Shown here: piece by piece, positions 13,179 to 25,719 of the stretch
Position numbering within the stretch: position 1 is the stretch's first letter
Layout of the letters: each line of letters opens with the position of its first letter
Assembly (NCBI GenBank): GCA_039096225.1
Contig: JBBPEB010000012.1
Location: 143,071-207,070 of the forward strand
Source: Blastocystis sp. Blastoise
Taxonomy: Eukaryota; Protista; Bigyra: Opalinata
Length of the DNA stretch: 64,000 nucleotides
Reading direction: 5' to 3'
The notes under the pieces: model-generated
The model's database searches: none
Seen by the model: only the letters and a program-made list of their open reading frames with translations
What the model was told of the DNA's origin: nothing
Translations under genes and position numbers: made by a program

Positions 13179-13528
13179 TCTTTTCGCCTGACTGAAAATA
13201 GTCTTAAAAAGTAATTTAGTCATTTTTTGGCAAAACTCTCCAAAAAGTATCACGGGAATACCTGATAGTGATTGTAGATAATGTAGCAACTAAAAATTTG
13301 AAAATTTTTTAGAAAAGACTTTTTTTTTCACAGTAGGTGTCCCAAGTCACTATGAGGCATTCCCGTAAATATTATTTGCAGATCAACGCCAATTGTTGTA
13401 GAATTTTTTTTAAGATCAATTCAGACAAATTATTGGAATAAGAAATTTCTTTTGTTGTTAAAATTTGATTGGTGAAAACAAACAAATAAGGAAATAATAA
13501 ACATTTTTTTTCAATAAAACAATAAAAC

Positions 13529-13660
13529 AAGCCAATAATCTATTAATTAAAAAGAAAATAAGCCAATAATCAAATAAATAAAACAAGCCAATAGTCTATT
13601 CAATAAAACAAGTTAATAAGCCAATAATGTATTCATAAAAATAAAAAATAAGCCAATAAA
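13529..13660 (+). repeat. Subterminal repeats AAGCCAATA (x5) of CACTA element 2
   Basis: Copies lie at ~13529, 13560, 13585, 13618 and 13650. Related motifs (GATTGGCT, CAGCCAATA) occur near the element-1 end at 5439-5477. Confidence 0.7.
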
Positions 13661-13702
13661 AATAATAAAAATAATAGAAAAAGAAAATAAAATTTGGCCC
13701 AA

Positions 13703-14389
13703 TTATATTATTGACTTGTGTTTAATGTATGTGAATGGAAACCAAACACAACACTGCTGAAGCTTCAAAATCAGTTCATTATTCTTTTTGAATATTCTTT
13801 CATTTTTGTCTGGAAACGGAATCCTTTCAATCCATTCGCATGTAAATTGATAATTACTATTATTATTCACATTCTCAATCCATGTATTAAGAGGCTCAGA
13901 GATCTCAAAGCCAAAAAACTGGATTATTCTTCTTTTCTGTTTCCGATTTACTAGTGACTCTCTCACACATCTCATCACCTCTATCTTACTAACCATGACT
14001 TTATTATCATATTTCTTGAAATAAAGATAAATAATATTACAAATGTATAGATATAAAGGACTTTTTGTATCGACAACAGTGTTCTTTGCTTTTGTACAGA
14101 ATATGCTTCTAGCAAGTAGTCTAATTTCAGTGTTCAAACAAAAAGGAATCAACATAAATAGATTCTTCACTTTATACGACCACATCAATCCTTTTCTAAT
14201 AGCAACACCATTCATAATGGATACTTTACGAAGAAATTTCTCAACATATGTTGGAATAGTACATTCAGCTTTATCTAAAGGACATTTTTCTTCTATATCA
14301 TCAAAATATGCATTAACATAGTCAATCATTCTCGATCTTACATTAGTAACCAATTGTTTTCGTTTCTTGATAACTATCTTAGATTCCAT
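13703..14389 (-). CDS. Hypothetical 228-aa basic protein inside the CACTA element, divergent from the transposase (candidate accessory/TnpA-like factor)
   Basis: Uninterrupted 228-aa ORF with normal globular composition. It may have an upstream exon (TATATTAG acceptor just before the ATG). No family recognised with certainty. Confidence 0.6.
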   Translation of the reverse strand: MESKIVIKKRKQLVTNVRSRMIDYVNAYFDDIEEKCPLDKAECTIPTYVEKFLRKVSIMNGVAIRKGLMWSYKVKNLFMLIPFCLNTEIRLLARSIFCTKAKNTVVDTKSPLYLYICNIIYLYFKKYDNKVMVSKIEVMRCVRESLVNRKQKRRIIQFFGFEISEPLNTWIENVNNNSNYQFTCEWIERIPFPDKNERIFKKNNELILKLQQCCVWFPFTYIKHKSII

Positions 14390-14601
14390 TTAAGCTTCTA
14401 ATATATAAATATAAGATAATAATGTTTATTAATTATAATAAAAGATAAATATTTACAAATAATAATTGGAGGGAAATATTGTGGGAAAAAAGTACTAAAA
14501 CCAAAAAAATCATGATAAATACCTTGAATAAAAATATATTTGTTTCAAATGATAATTGGAGGGAAAAAACGCGGCATTAGAAGATGTATAAAAGAATAGC
14601 A

Positions 14602-17600
14602 ATGAGTAATAATGACTTGTATTTTTATAAGTCGAATGGAATCAAATCAACACTGAATCGTATTCTTAATCAACTATCTAATTGTTTAATACCATATACA
14701 CAAGACTAAACTACTATTATATATAGCAGATGATATTTTCAATTTTGACAATTTTGATTTTAAATCAAATTGCTGAAACTCCTGTTGATAATATTCAAGA
14801 AAATGACATAATGAATTCTTTGGTAAACTCATTTCTAAGTTCAACTGTATATATATAGTTAAAAATATATTATTATGTAAACTTTACTTAGAAATAATCG
14901 GATATAATTATTTTAATGAAATTCATTGATCTATTTATTTATATTATATATACACCTATATAGAAAAAAAAAGAAAAAGTAAAAACACTTACTGAAGATA
15001 TTGAAGAAGATATATTTGCTTGCTGGATTTTGCTTGGTATTAGTGAAGCTAAGATTATTTATCTATATACTTTAGCAAATAAAATAATTAAAAAGCTTAG
15101 AGATGACATTACTGCATTACCTATTCCACATAATGGACAAGATATTTTGAGAAAACGAACCAATAAATCTAATACAAAACTTATATATAGAAACATTTAC
15201 ACATGCAGTATATGTTACAACATAAACACGTTTAATAATGGAAGAAAGAATCCACTTCTATCAAACATTCAGTGTAGTAATCCTACATGTAATAAAAATA
15301 TTTGTATATATATACTATATATATAATATATACTATATATACTATTATAAAGAATTAAATATATATTTTATATATTAGTATTATATAAAAGTTATTATAT
15401 CTATATTTTTATATACATAATTATATATTTGTAAAATTTTGAATATTTTATAACTACTATCATCTATAGATAAAATATATTATTGATTATTAATATACAT
15501 AGGTGATAAGCAGGTAATCATACCATTAATTCCAAGAATAAAAGCACTTCTTGTTTCTTCACTGTTAACCAGGGATCTAACATATTATACTAAAGAGCAA
15601 ATAAAAGATGCTTTCAATAATAAAACCTATAAAGATTCTACAGGGTATAACTTACCTATTCCTCAATATATGTATGGATCAACCTATAAGCGACTAGTTA
15701 CTAATGTAATTAATAAGGGGGATATCTTCTTATTCTTTCAAGTTACGACAGATGGTATATCAGTATTCAACAAAGCAGTAGCAGCACAAAACAAATCAGC
15801 AAATCCAATTCTTGTGAGATTATTAAACTGTGTTGAAGAGAAACGTATAGAATCGTGCTTAAGTATACTGATAAACGAATTCTTAGTATTAGGTGATGGC
15901 ATAGATATGCCAGTTTTTGTAGGTGATACAGTTCAAACAAAGAGAGTGGTTGGAATACTTCTTGATGTTTTTGGTGATACTTTAGCAATCTCTCATGTGG
16001 GACATTTTCTAGGTCCAACTTCGACATTTCCATGTAGATTCTGTAATATGTCCAGTGATAGACATATAGATAATTTTCATCAAGGAATCAAGTGTTCATG
16101 TATTTATTCCTTCTATTCCTATTTCAGATACTTCCATTCTAAACCAATCATATAATAACTTTGATGAATCATTAATTCTTTATGAATCTATCCAAAGAGA
16201 CGAACATCATTTTGATGATGCATTTAATGCTAACATATATCATGAATTCACAAAAGATAAAATAAATGAAATAAGAATAAATAACTTACCGGAAATAACA
16301 TCAATAAATGGTATTAAATGTGATAAGAGTATTTTCGAAAAATTAAATTATTTTGATCCATCATGTAGCTTCCCAATAGACATAATGCATCTTTTTGGTA
16401 ACATTACAACATTAATTCTATCATTGATATTTGGATATAATAAAGCCTCCTATATAAAAAAATTAAAGAATAGTAATATGGATGAAAAGAAAGCAGCAGA
16501 AATTATTTCCTCATTTTCACTTGAACCATACAACCTGGACATCTTAGCTACAAGGTTGATATGGATAAACAGCTTCTATGGAAAATGTGAGTACCAATAC
16601 AGATATATTCTTGACGAAACTTCATTTCATAAACTTACCACACATACAAAAGTAATGTTTATTTCTAAGATATTACCTCTTATATTATATGATTTTACTT
16701 CCAACGACAGCACCTTAATACCACTTATAGAACTCTTTGCTAGTATAGTCCATGATTCTAATACTATTTCTGCTTTCTCTGTGATTTTTGTTTACCCAAA
16801 GAACTTATAAATTCTCAACTACATATGATTTGTCACATTCCACATTGCATAATATCTTCTGGATCGATGAAAGCTGTTTCAACATGGTCTTCTGAGTCTT
16901 ATTATTCTAAGTTGAAGAGAAGAACGTATAGTAGAAATGAGTTTAATATATCTACTTGCATAAACTGGATATATCAGGAATCTATTATGTTATCTACAGT
17001 AGAAGCAAAAAATATTAATGAGCCTATAGATACACAAATAGCCAGAGCAAACAATGATAGAGATATAAATATAAATAAATTTTTATATAAAAAATGTATA
17101 TACCACGAAGATCATAACACCAATCCTTCAGTATTTAGTGCTCAAGGAAGAGATGTAATAGAAGGAATAGAATTAAATGATGAAGATATAAAGAATTTGT
17201 TAGTTACAATATTAACGCATGGATCCAATAAAATTGTAGCCTTACTACTAGAAGAAAATCTTTTCAATACAAAATCAAAGAACCAAATTATACAGCTATT
17301 GAATAATCCTAATACACTAAATACCTATAAAAATAGATTAAATCAATTACATATAAATTACTATACAAAAATACTTGTTAATAATGAAATTATATTTGAT
17401 AGATCTGATATAAATTCAGGGGTGAATAGAATAGATAATTCTTACATTATATCGTACACATCAACTGGGATACCTCATCTATATAAGGCTTTACTATATG
17501 TTCAGGTTGAAGAAGAATTTTATATTCTTATGTGTGATTATGGCCCAGCAAAACCATCAAAGACTGGGCTGTACTTTATTATTCAAGGAACATCGTTTGA

Positions 17601-17874
17601 GAAGGTATTTAAAAAAATAACACTAGTTCTTCCTTCCAATATCATAGTGGCCGACGTCCATGTAGATAATTCTTGTGATGAATCTAATAGCAATAAGGTA
17701 ATAAATAAATATTATAAATTAATCTAAATATTTAAATATATACAGAAAAAACCAAAAAGAAAACGTCGTATCTCAGAAGAGGGACTGTTTGTACCATCCA
17801 GCAGTGTTATCACGTATACTGTGTTCACGCCTTCGGAGACAATGAAGAATCACGGTTATTCACCTGTACAATAA
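14602..17874 (+). CDS. CACTA/EnSpm DDE transposase (TnpD-like), multi-exon, with frameshifts (pseudogene or assembly indels)
   Basis: Motifs appear in the canonical order: N-terminal CxxC...C...C; VTTDGISVF; SANPILVRLLN; LINEFLVLGDG; DVFGDTLAISHVGHFLGPTSTFPCRFC; FPIDIMHLFGN; LHMICHIPHCIISSGSMKAVSTWSSESYYSKLKR (DUF4218-like, catalytic E). The last exon has an NLS-like KKPKRKRR. Frameshifts occur at ~14760 and ~16790, and ~16100 is either a frameshift or a 28-nt intron. Confidence 0.88.
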
Positions 17875-18780
17875 AATTCATAACATAAATATATACAATA
17901 TGTAAAAATATATACCTGTGTTTTATTATAATTCTTGTTTGAACCTCTTCTTGTAAGCCTTTACGGTCACCCGGTATTCTTCTGATTAAGATTTGTGTTG
18001 TTTCTAGAACAGATCAGTTGATCTTTATTCAAGTATCTAAAAAACATATATATATTTGACATAACACTGTAAAAATACATACACAAATTTATGAATTGAC
18101 TTGAATAACATTCTAGTTTGTATTTTTTGTTTTGTTGAAAATATGATTATTCAGTTCTTTTCTAAAATTCTATTTTAAAAAAAGAAAAAGATATTTTCAC
18201 GAATTTAAGGAATTCTTAGGTAAAATATTTGTTTAATCACGATTATGTTTAAAACGTTTGACAAAAATAGAGCATGGAAACATTGCACATTTCATTTTTA
18301 GTAGTTTATATAATCAAGTTATACAATGAAATATACGTCTTTATTTAGTGATTGATAGTCTCAAGTGGTGTTGAGCAGCCTCATATATATATCAAAATTA
18401 TTTAGAAGCTTTCTTGTATTGAAGAATACATTTAATCACTTTTCTATTCCTTTATGTGTCTTTATTCCTATATTAAATGGTCCTCGTATATATATATAGT
18501 CTGTCTTTGCGTTTTATTTGACAAGTCATTTTATTATCCTATATATTTGTCTTAAAATTATTTCACTGTTATAGTTTTTGCTTGTTTTCTTTCAATGAGT
18601 TTATTTATATTACTTTCAAGTGACAATCTTAGTATTTGAAATAATGCTTTAGTAAAAGTGTCAATTGTCGAAGAATGGATTATCTTCTGTTAATATTGGG
18701 TAAATTTCTATGTAGTTTAACTTGCCTCTTACACAACTAGTCATAAATAGGTTATAATGATATGCTTGTATATATAGTTC
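17760..18780 (-). pseudogene. Degenerate spliced gene convergent with, and overlapping, the transposase 3' end
   Basis: Minus-strand splice signals: TTTTTAG| at ~18037, CACAG|GTATA at ~17916 and TGTACAG|GTG at ~17864. A partial frame reads ETTQILIRRIPGDRKGLQEEVQTRIIIKH. Stops are present. Confidence 0.35.
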
Positions 18781-19220
18781 ATCATGTTATAATTTATTGT
18801 GTTTATATTTTGTATATTTTATTTATGTTGTTTTACATGTTCATGTTTTAAGTCGTTTTTCTAATATTAATATTTATTTTTTCAGCTTCTTTTTGTTAGA
18901 GTATTGATAGTTTTTCATTAGAACTTATACAAAGTACTTGCTAATAAACTCAGTTTAATCTAGCAAAAATAATAATGTAGTTTTAAAAATTGCTGTTGTT
19001 TTTTAAAAATAGAATTACATACATATTTAAAAACAAAAATAAAATAAAAACTTTTAAAATGCAATAACAAAATATAATATATGTATACATAAGTAATAAA
19101 TTTGTTAATAAATGAATATTGTCTAAATATTAATATATAAGCTAAGTTATTATTTATGATGTTACACATACTAATATAAGCTTAGATTTTATTATTTACT
19201 TATATAATAATTATATATAA

Positions 19221-19225
<5 letters not shown>

Positions 19226-19282
<57 letters not shown>

Positions 19283-19313
19283 TATATATATATATATATG
19301 TAAATATATATAT
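19226..19313. repeat. (TA)n microsatellite
   Basis: A long, slightly interrupted TA dinucleotide run is directly visible. Confidence 0.9.
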
Positions 19314-19649
19314 ATGTTGCTACTTAGATCTACATTAATTAAGAATTTGTGGTTTTATTCATTTGTAATTATACAATAAAACTAGAATAATTTGTTTTAG
19401 AATTCATATAATTGAAATTTTGAGAAACTTTTTGAGACCTTATAAGAATTGACTATATATTTCTATATATAGCATATATAATAAAATTAATAGGATTTAC
19501 TTTTTTCATTTTAAAATACACCAAATACATAATTCCTTTTGAATGTAGAATGGTATTTCATTCTTTTTATCTTTATATTTTATAAAATATTTAATAATAT
19601 GATAATAATAAGCCAATTACTTATTATAGAAGACTGAAACACTATTTTT

Positions 19650-22600
19650 TGATGATGATTAAATTGATTAGTTATTAAATAACTATTCTGGATATATATT
19701 GTTTTATGTGTTTTGATTTCAGAATATTTCATTAGAGTCGAATCACAAGGATTAATTTTTAAAATAAGCTGAATAATCGAAGTATATGAAATATTAAATG
19801 AATAGAAATAGATGATAGAAGCTGAATATACATGATATATAATAGAAATAAGATTCTTTTAAAAATAAGAATCAGGATTATTACTTGAATTAGAGCAACA
19901 ATAAATTATTCAAAGAATATATGTTCAAATGATACCTTTTATTAAAAGAGTGGGAAAAAAATAGTTTAAAAATACTATTTCAAATCAAAAATAAAAGGAG
20001 AATAAAAAGTTCATATTAGACGTAGTAAGAAAGGAGTTGATAATTTGAATAATGGAAAACATAAAAAGATAAAGCATTTGAAGTTGAATACCATGATTAA
20101 TTAATTAATAAAAATCTGTATTAAAATAGTTAAAGAAGAATTACAGCTAATAGAAGATAAATTAAAGAAGTTAATCGGAGTTTAAATTGAAATAATAATA
20201 ATAAAATAATGGTACTGCCAGCGTAGAAATGTAAATTAATATTTAAGAAATAGAATAAGAATATTCAGTAGTGAACAGAAGTAAAAAGAGCTAAATACAA
20301 TTAGATAAAAAAAGATATTTAAATTAGAAAAAGAAGAAAGAATTTGTGGATATAAATATATAAATATGAATAAAGAATAAGTAGAGGAGTAGAATCAGAA
20401 ATCAAATAACAGAAAAGAAAACTGGAATAAAGACTATGATTAGATTCAGTAGTTCATTATTTATATGCTAAATCGTAGAAGAATGAAAATAATAATATTT
20501 TTTGATACAAAAAGCTAAAATAAGAAGAGAATATTTGTGAATATAAAAGAATGCTAAAAAAATGTTTTTGACACATAATAGTTTAATAGCAATGAAAAAA
20601 AAATAGAACTAAATATATAGTTATATAATAGATACAGAAACAGGAGTACTAAAAGACAGAGTGGAATGATATGATATCATATAAAAAATTGAGGAACAAG
20701 AAGAATAAAAGAAAAAGAACATTAAAAAAAAGATGCTTTAAAACTATTAAGGTTAAAAAGAGCTAATGTAAACTAGAATGACAATTTTAATTATATGAAA
20801 ATAAAGAAGAATACTAGTATTAGAAAGAATTGCATAAACAAGATGTTAGAATTAAAGATATAGTACAGTATGCAAATAGAAAAAGAAAAAATAATAGTAT
20901 ATCAGTTTAGCATGAATATAGAAAGGAGAAAGAGTAAAAACATTATAAGTCTTTTACATTGTAAACAGAATTAGTCTGACTAAAATTAGTTTTTAGAAGA
21001 CTAATACAAATAAAAATAGTAGAAACACCCATGAAAACCTTAATATAAAAAAATAGATATATATTTGTAGAAAGAGTAGAATAATAAGAATAGTAGTTTT
21101 AATGAGAGAAAGACGAGAATGAATTACAATAGTAGAAAGAGTATGAATCTTATTACTAAGATTGACAAGAATATAGACATTAAAAAGTAGGAAGAAGAGT
21201 AATTTAGGATGAATAATATAATTAGAGATGATAATGTATTATTCATATTAAAAAAACTCCATAAGAATATATTATAAAATTAATTTCCTATAAAAGTATT
21301 AATAACAATAGGAAAATATGGAAAATAGAAAGACTAGCAGATAGTTATAAAGTGTAATGAAATTAACAGAGAGTAATAGAGAGTAGAAGATTTATATGAT
21401 AGTTATAACTAGTAGAAGAAAAGCTAAACAGAATAATTATAAGAAAGGTAGTTAGAGGATAATACAATGAAAACTATGAGAAGGAGTAAGAAGAGTAGAA
21501 AAAATAGAAAGGCTGAAATAATTGAGAGAGCAAAAGGAAAGAGGAAGAATAGTAACGAGAAAAAGAATGAATATAAAGTAAGAAGATTAGGAAGATTAAT
21601 GCCATTATAAGAAGTTGTAAGAATAGACATATAACTAATAGTTGATAAACTAGGAATATTATAAAGACTAAGAGTAACAAAAGTATAAGTAATAGAATTA
21701 ATAGGAATTTTTTGTTTTTTAGTAGAAGTAGTGGTTGAATGTGGAATATGAAGAATACGTATAATTAGTAGCACATCTAGGTAGTATGTCTAGAAAACAT
21801 AAAATACATAAAATACATGGAGTACAATAATATATATATTATATATATTATATAATACATAATATATATAATATAAAATGTATATATTATTTATTATATA
21901 ATATAAAACAATTAGTAGTATATAGAATGTATAATAGTATGAAGAATAGATATAATATGTATATATAAGAAATAAAGAGAAAATGCTACATTATGTAGAA
22001 TAAGTAATAGACAAACAATAGAATAGAAGAAGAAAGTGAAAAGATGATAATAGAAGACTAGAGAGAATCAGTAAAAAAAAAGACTAGCTAGAATTAGTTA
22101 TTGAGTGTAGAAAAACTACTTCTAGTTATAGAAACTATAGAAACTAGAATCTGTTGATAAGTACAATTATTAAATAAATACATTTGATATAATATGAAAA
22201 ATCGTTAGAATAGCTATAATAGGCCGAAAAAGAAGAATATCAAGTTCAAGTTTATTATTTATAAATAGAAAGATCAAGCATAATAAACATAATAAAAATT
22301 ATAGGAATGTTAGGAGATTGGAGAACATGTTGTAAAAATACAGCATACTTATTATATTTAATAAAAAAGACTAAGTGAAAAAGGAACTATAATAGTATAA
22401 GAAAGCAAAAATAATATTCAGAATCAACAGAACATGAGAATATATCTTATTACATAGAATACATATTATTTACAGAATACATAAAAATATATGTAAAGTG
22501 TAGTATAAATATAATGAGAGAATAATAAGTATTCTAGTGTTATGAGCATAATTAGCAATATTTTGTACAAATAGAATTATTAACATTGTAAAAAGTACGG

Positions 22601-24750
22601 TTATTATTATAAAGAATATGTATTAAGGTGGAATATAGAAAATAAATAGAATCGATGATGATAGACAGAATATGTAGAATAGATAGAATAATTGTTATAT
22701 ACATAATATTCAAAATCAGCTGAATAAGAACAGTAGATATGATATGTACTATTTGGTAGAACTGATAAAATAAAGAGCAGTAAGCAGAATAAAAAAAATA
22801 GAAGTATAGGTAGAATAAGATGAATAAGAATGGATAGAATAAAAATTAGCATGAAAAGAGTTTGAATAGAAAGAAATCGAACTATAGAAGAATAATAAAT
22901 AGTAGAGAGAATTTGACATAAGTTGAATAATCAAATTTATAAGTATAAGAAAAATAAGTAATGTTAAAGAGTATAAGTTAATAGTTGATTTTATGAGTAG
23001 ATTTGTAAAATAGACAAAATACTTGTGGAATATGTAGTAGTAATATAGAGTAAGTATATGAGAAAGAATAAAGAGAATTAATAGAATAAGTAATGAAATG
23101 AATAGATAGAATAACTAAAATGGGTAGTATTTGGTGATATAAATAAGAATAGGTAGAAAGAGTAAAATAGTTCAAAGTATTGGATAGTTAAATGGTTAGA
23201 ATACGTATAGAAGTTGAATAATTAGAAAATGGTACATTAATTAACATTGAAGAATATAATATATAGATAAAATGTTGTATCTTTGAATTAGTAAAATATA
23301 TAGTAATTTGATGAAAAAATAAATAGTATTATAAGTAGAATACGTAAAAAAAGTAGTAGTTCTAATTTCTCTAGAATAAATTATTTTATAGATATAACAG
23401 ATTTGATAGAATCATATTAAATGTATAAATAGGAGAAAAAACATTATTAGAAGAATAGGCAGAATACATACAATATGTAGAAAGAATATAGTAGATTTTA
23501 ATAGCTTTAATAGATAGAATCGATGGTATAGATTGAATAAGTGGAATATAATAAAAAAAAAATATGATAAATACATACAATAAAAACAGTAAAGAGTAAT
23601 AAGTAGAATGAATATAATAGGAATAATAAGTAGCAATACGTAGAAAGAGCAAAAAGGTAAAACAAATAATAACAGTTAAATAGATGGTATTTCTAATTAG
23701 AGGTAAAACACCAATAGATAAGTAGAACATATAACATATATAAAATATATAAAAACAATAGAATAGAGAAATAAATGGAAACAGTAGAAATAAATAGATT
23801 GAATAAAGAATAAAATAATAGAATATAAAATGTGTAGAATGCGCCAATAAGTAGAAAAGGATAATAGTTTTTAGGAGTAGCTATAGGTAAAATGTGTATA
23901 ATTCTAAGATTGTATCGGAATAAAATGAAATAAAAATGTAATCAATATAATGGATAATTTTGGTTAATAGATAAAATAAGTACTATTCAGTAGAATAGGT
24001 ATTACAAGAAGTATAGACAAAAATTAGTAGCTGTTATAAAGAAAAAAAAAAGATTTATAAGAAGAGAAGGTAGAATATGCAGATAATATAGAATTTATAG
24101 AATTTTGTAGATTATGTAGATAGTTATTATAGGTATTATAAACATAATAGATAGACTAATTTTTATAAGAAGAATAGATTTAAAATTTGTTGAAACCAGA
24201 ATAATTTGTAGTAAGTAAATAGATAGAACAAGTATTATAAGAAGAATATGTTGAATATCTAGAAAATACAGAATACATACAACGATAAAAGAAAATGAAT
24301 AATAATTGTTAGTCATACCAAGTGGAATAAGAAGAACAAAAGTAAATATTATCAGAAATAGAAATTAATAGAGAGGATTTAGAAGAGCAGTTACCATTGT
24401 AATAAGAATAGTACTAATAATTTAAGCAGTAAGAATGATACTATGAATAATTATAATAAAAGACATAAAAATAACATTAATTCTAAAAAGTAAGGTAAAG
24501 ATAAAATATGGGAAAAGAAGCCTAGTAATATAGGAAGAGAATCAACATTAAAAATGTTTTACTTAGAATAGAAGTAGTATAATAAAACGGATAACACTAA
24601 TAGGAATAATACTATGAAAAAAGATAAGAATATATGAGGAAGAATATTTCTGATACAAAACAGAAATAAAAGCAGTTTTACCATCTATATTGGGCTTAAC
24701 AATAATATGAGAAACCTAAATTAAAAGTATAGTAAATAAACATGATAACA
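19650..24750 (-). pseudogene. Heavily decayed captured gene, possibly a leucine-rich-repeat surface protein
   Basis: Minus-strand fragments read LYNIPSLSTIS, INLPNLLTLYS, RTFYNVNN, LINVPFSN and LSNLLYL. A minus-strand GT..AG intron lies at ~21988-21791. The plus strand is extremely C-poor and AG-rich. Boundaries are approximate. Confidence 0.4.
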
Positions 24751-25719
24751 AAGAATAATAAAATCATAATAATAAATATGTATATACATTTTAAATAATA
24801 GTTTTATATATATCGAAACATAAGTAAACAATTATTTTATATATCAGCAAATGAATTAATAGATCAATAAGTATCCATGAAAATGAATGAATCTTTCACA
24901 CGAAATTTTTTACCTATATTTAAAAAAATTATTGAATTAATAAAAATATAAAAAAATGAAATAAGAGATAAATATCAATTAGATAATAATATATACGTAA
25001 TAATAAAACATGATTAAGAATATAAATATAAAATATATAAACAGAATCAATTGATTCACTAAGGAATAATATATATATAAATACAACTTATATGAGTATT
25101 AAATAGTGTTTAAAGAAAGACGTGAAGAATAATAAACACAATATGAATAAAAAAGAAGATGTAAATATAAGAATATACCTTATAACAATATTTTGAGATT
25201 ATGCTTCAATTACAAGTTTCTGAACCTATTTGATATTCAAAACAGACGAATTTGAATCTAAATATAAATAAATCAAAATTACGATACAGATGAGTATAAC
25301 TAACAAGAAAAACATTGAGATAATTGATTAAGAATATAAATAATAAATGCAATGATCACACTAGATCTTTGTAATAGTGAGAAGCTGTTCACATAAAAAG
25401 CTTTTAAAACTGATGACTTTGGATGGATTATTTTTAAAACTCTTATAAATAAAATAAAATTTCCGTGAATTAAAAGTCATAAATTCTTCCTTTGTTTTAA
25501 AGTATAAATATTGATACTATAAACATTTAACAAGTCACAGCATACACTACTAAAGCTATTTTATTGTATCCAAACATTTTAAAGGTGGAATATGAAAATA
25601 GAATCATTTTGTCGAAATCACTAATTACTAGGCAGACTCATTTGTAAATATTTATTTGAAATAAGAACAGACCCTATTTGTATAAAAGGCATAAAATATG
25701 TCTATATTACGTGTTTTCT

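Larger units (their letters stand above)
5404..13270. mobile_element. Non-autonomous CACTA (CMC/EnSpm) transposon carrying captured gene fragments (element 1, 7867 bp)
   Basis: The left end is CACTATCAGGT (5404) and the right end is ACCTGATAGTG (ending 13270), a perfect 11-bp TIR. It is flanked by a 3-bp direct repeat ATT (5401-5403 and 13271-13273). No transposase motifs are seen inside. Confidence 0.9.

Noticed and set aside
12049-13289. Duplicated small ORFs (MSADNLRHARF..., ...RGCPRTTCVTHD...)
   Set aside because: These are incidental translations of the two identical MULE TIRs.
19650-24750. Decayed LINE/LTR retrotransposon on the purine-rich plus strand
   Set aside because: No RT, RNase H or integrase motif, LTR or poly(A) was recognised. 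The relic motifs and the intron are on the minus strand.
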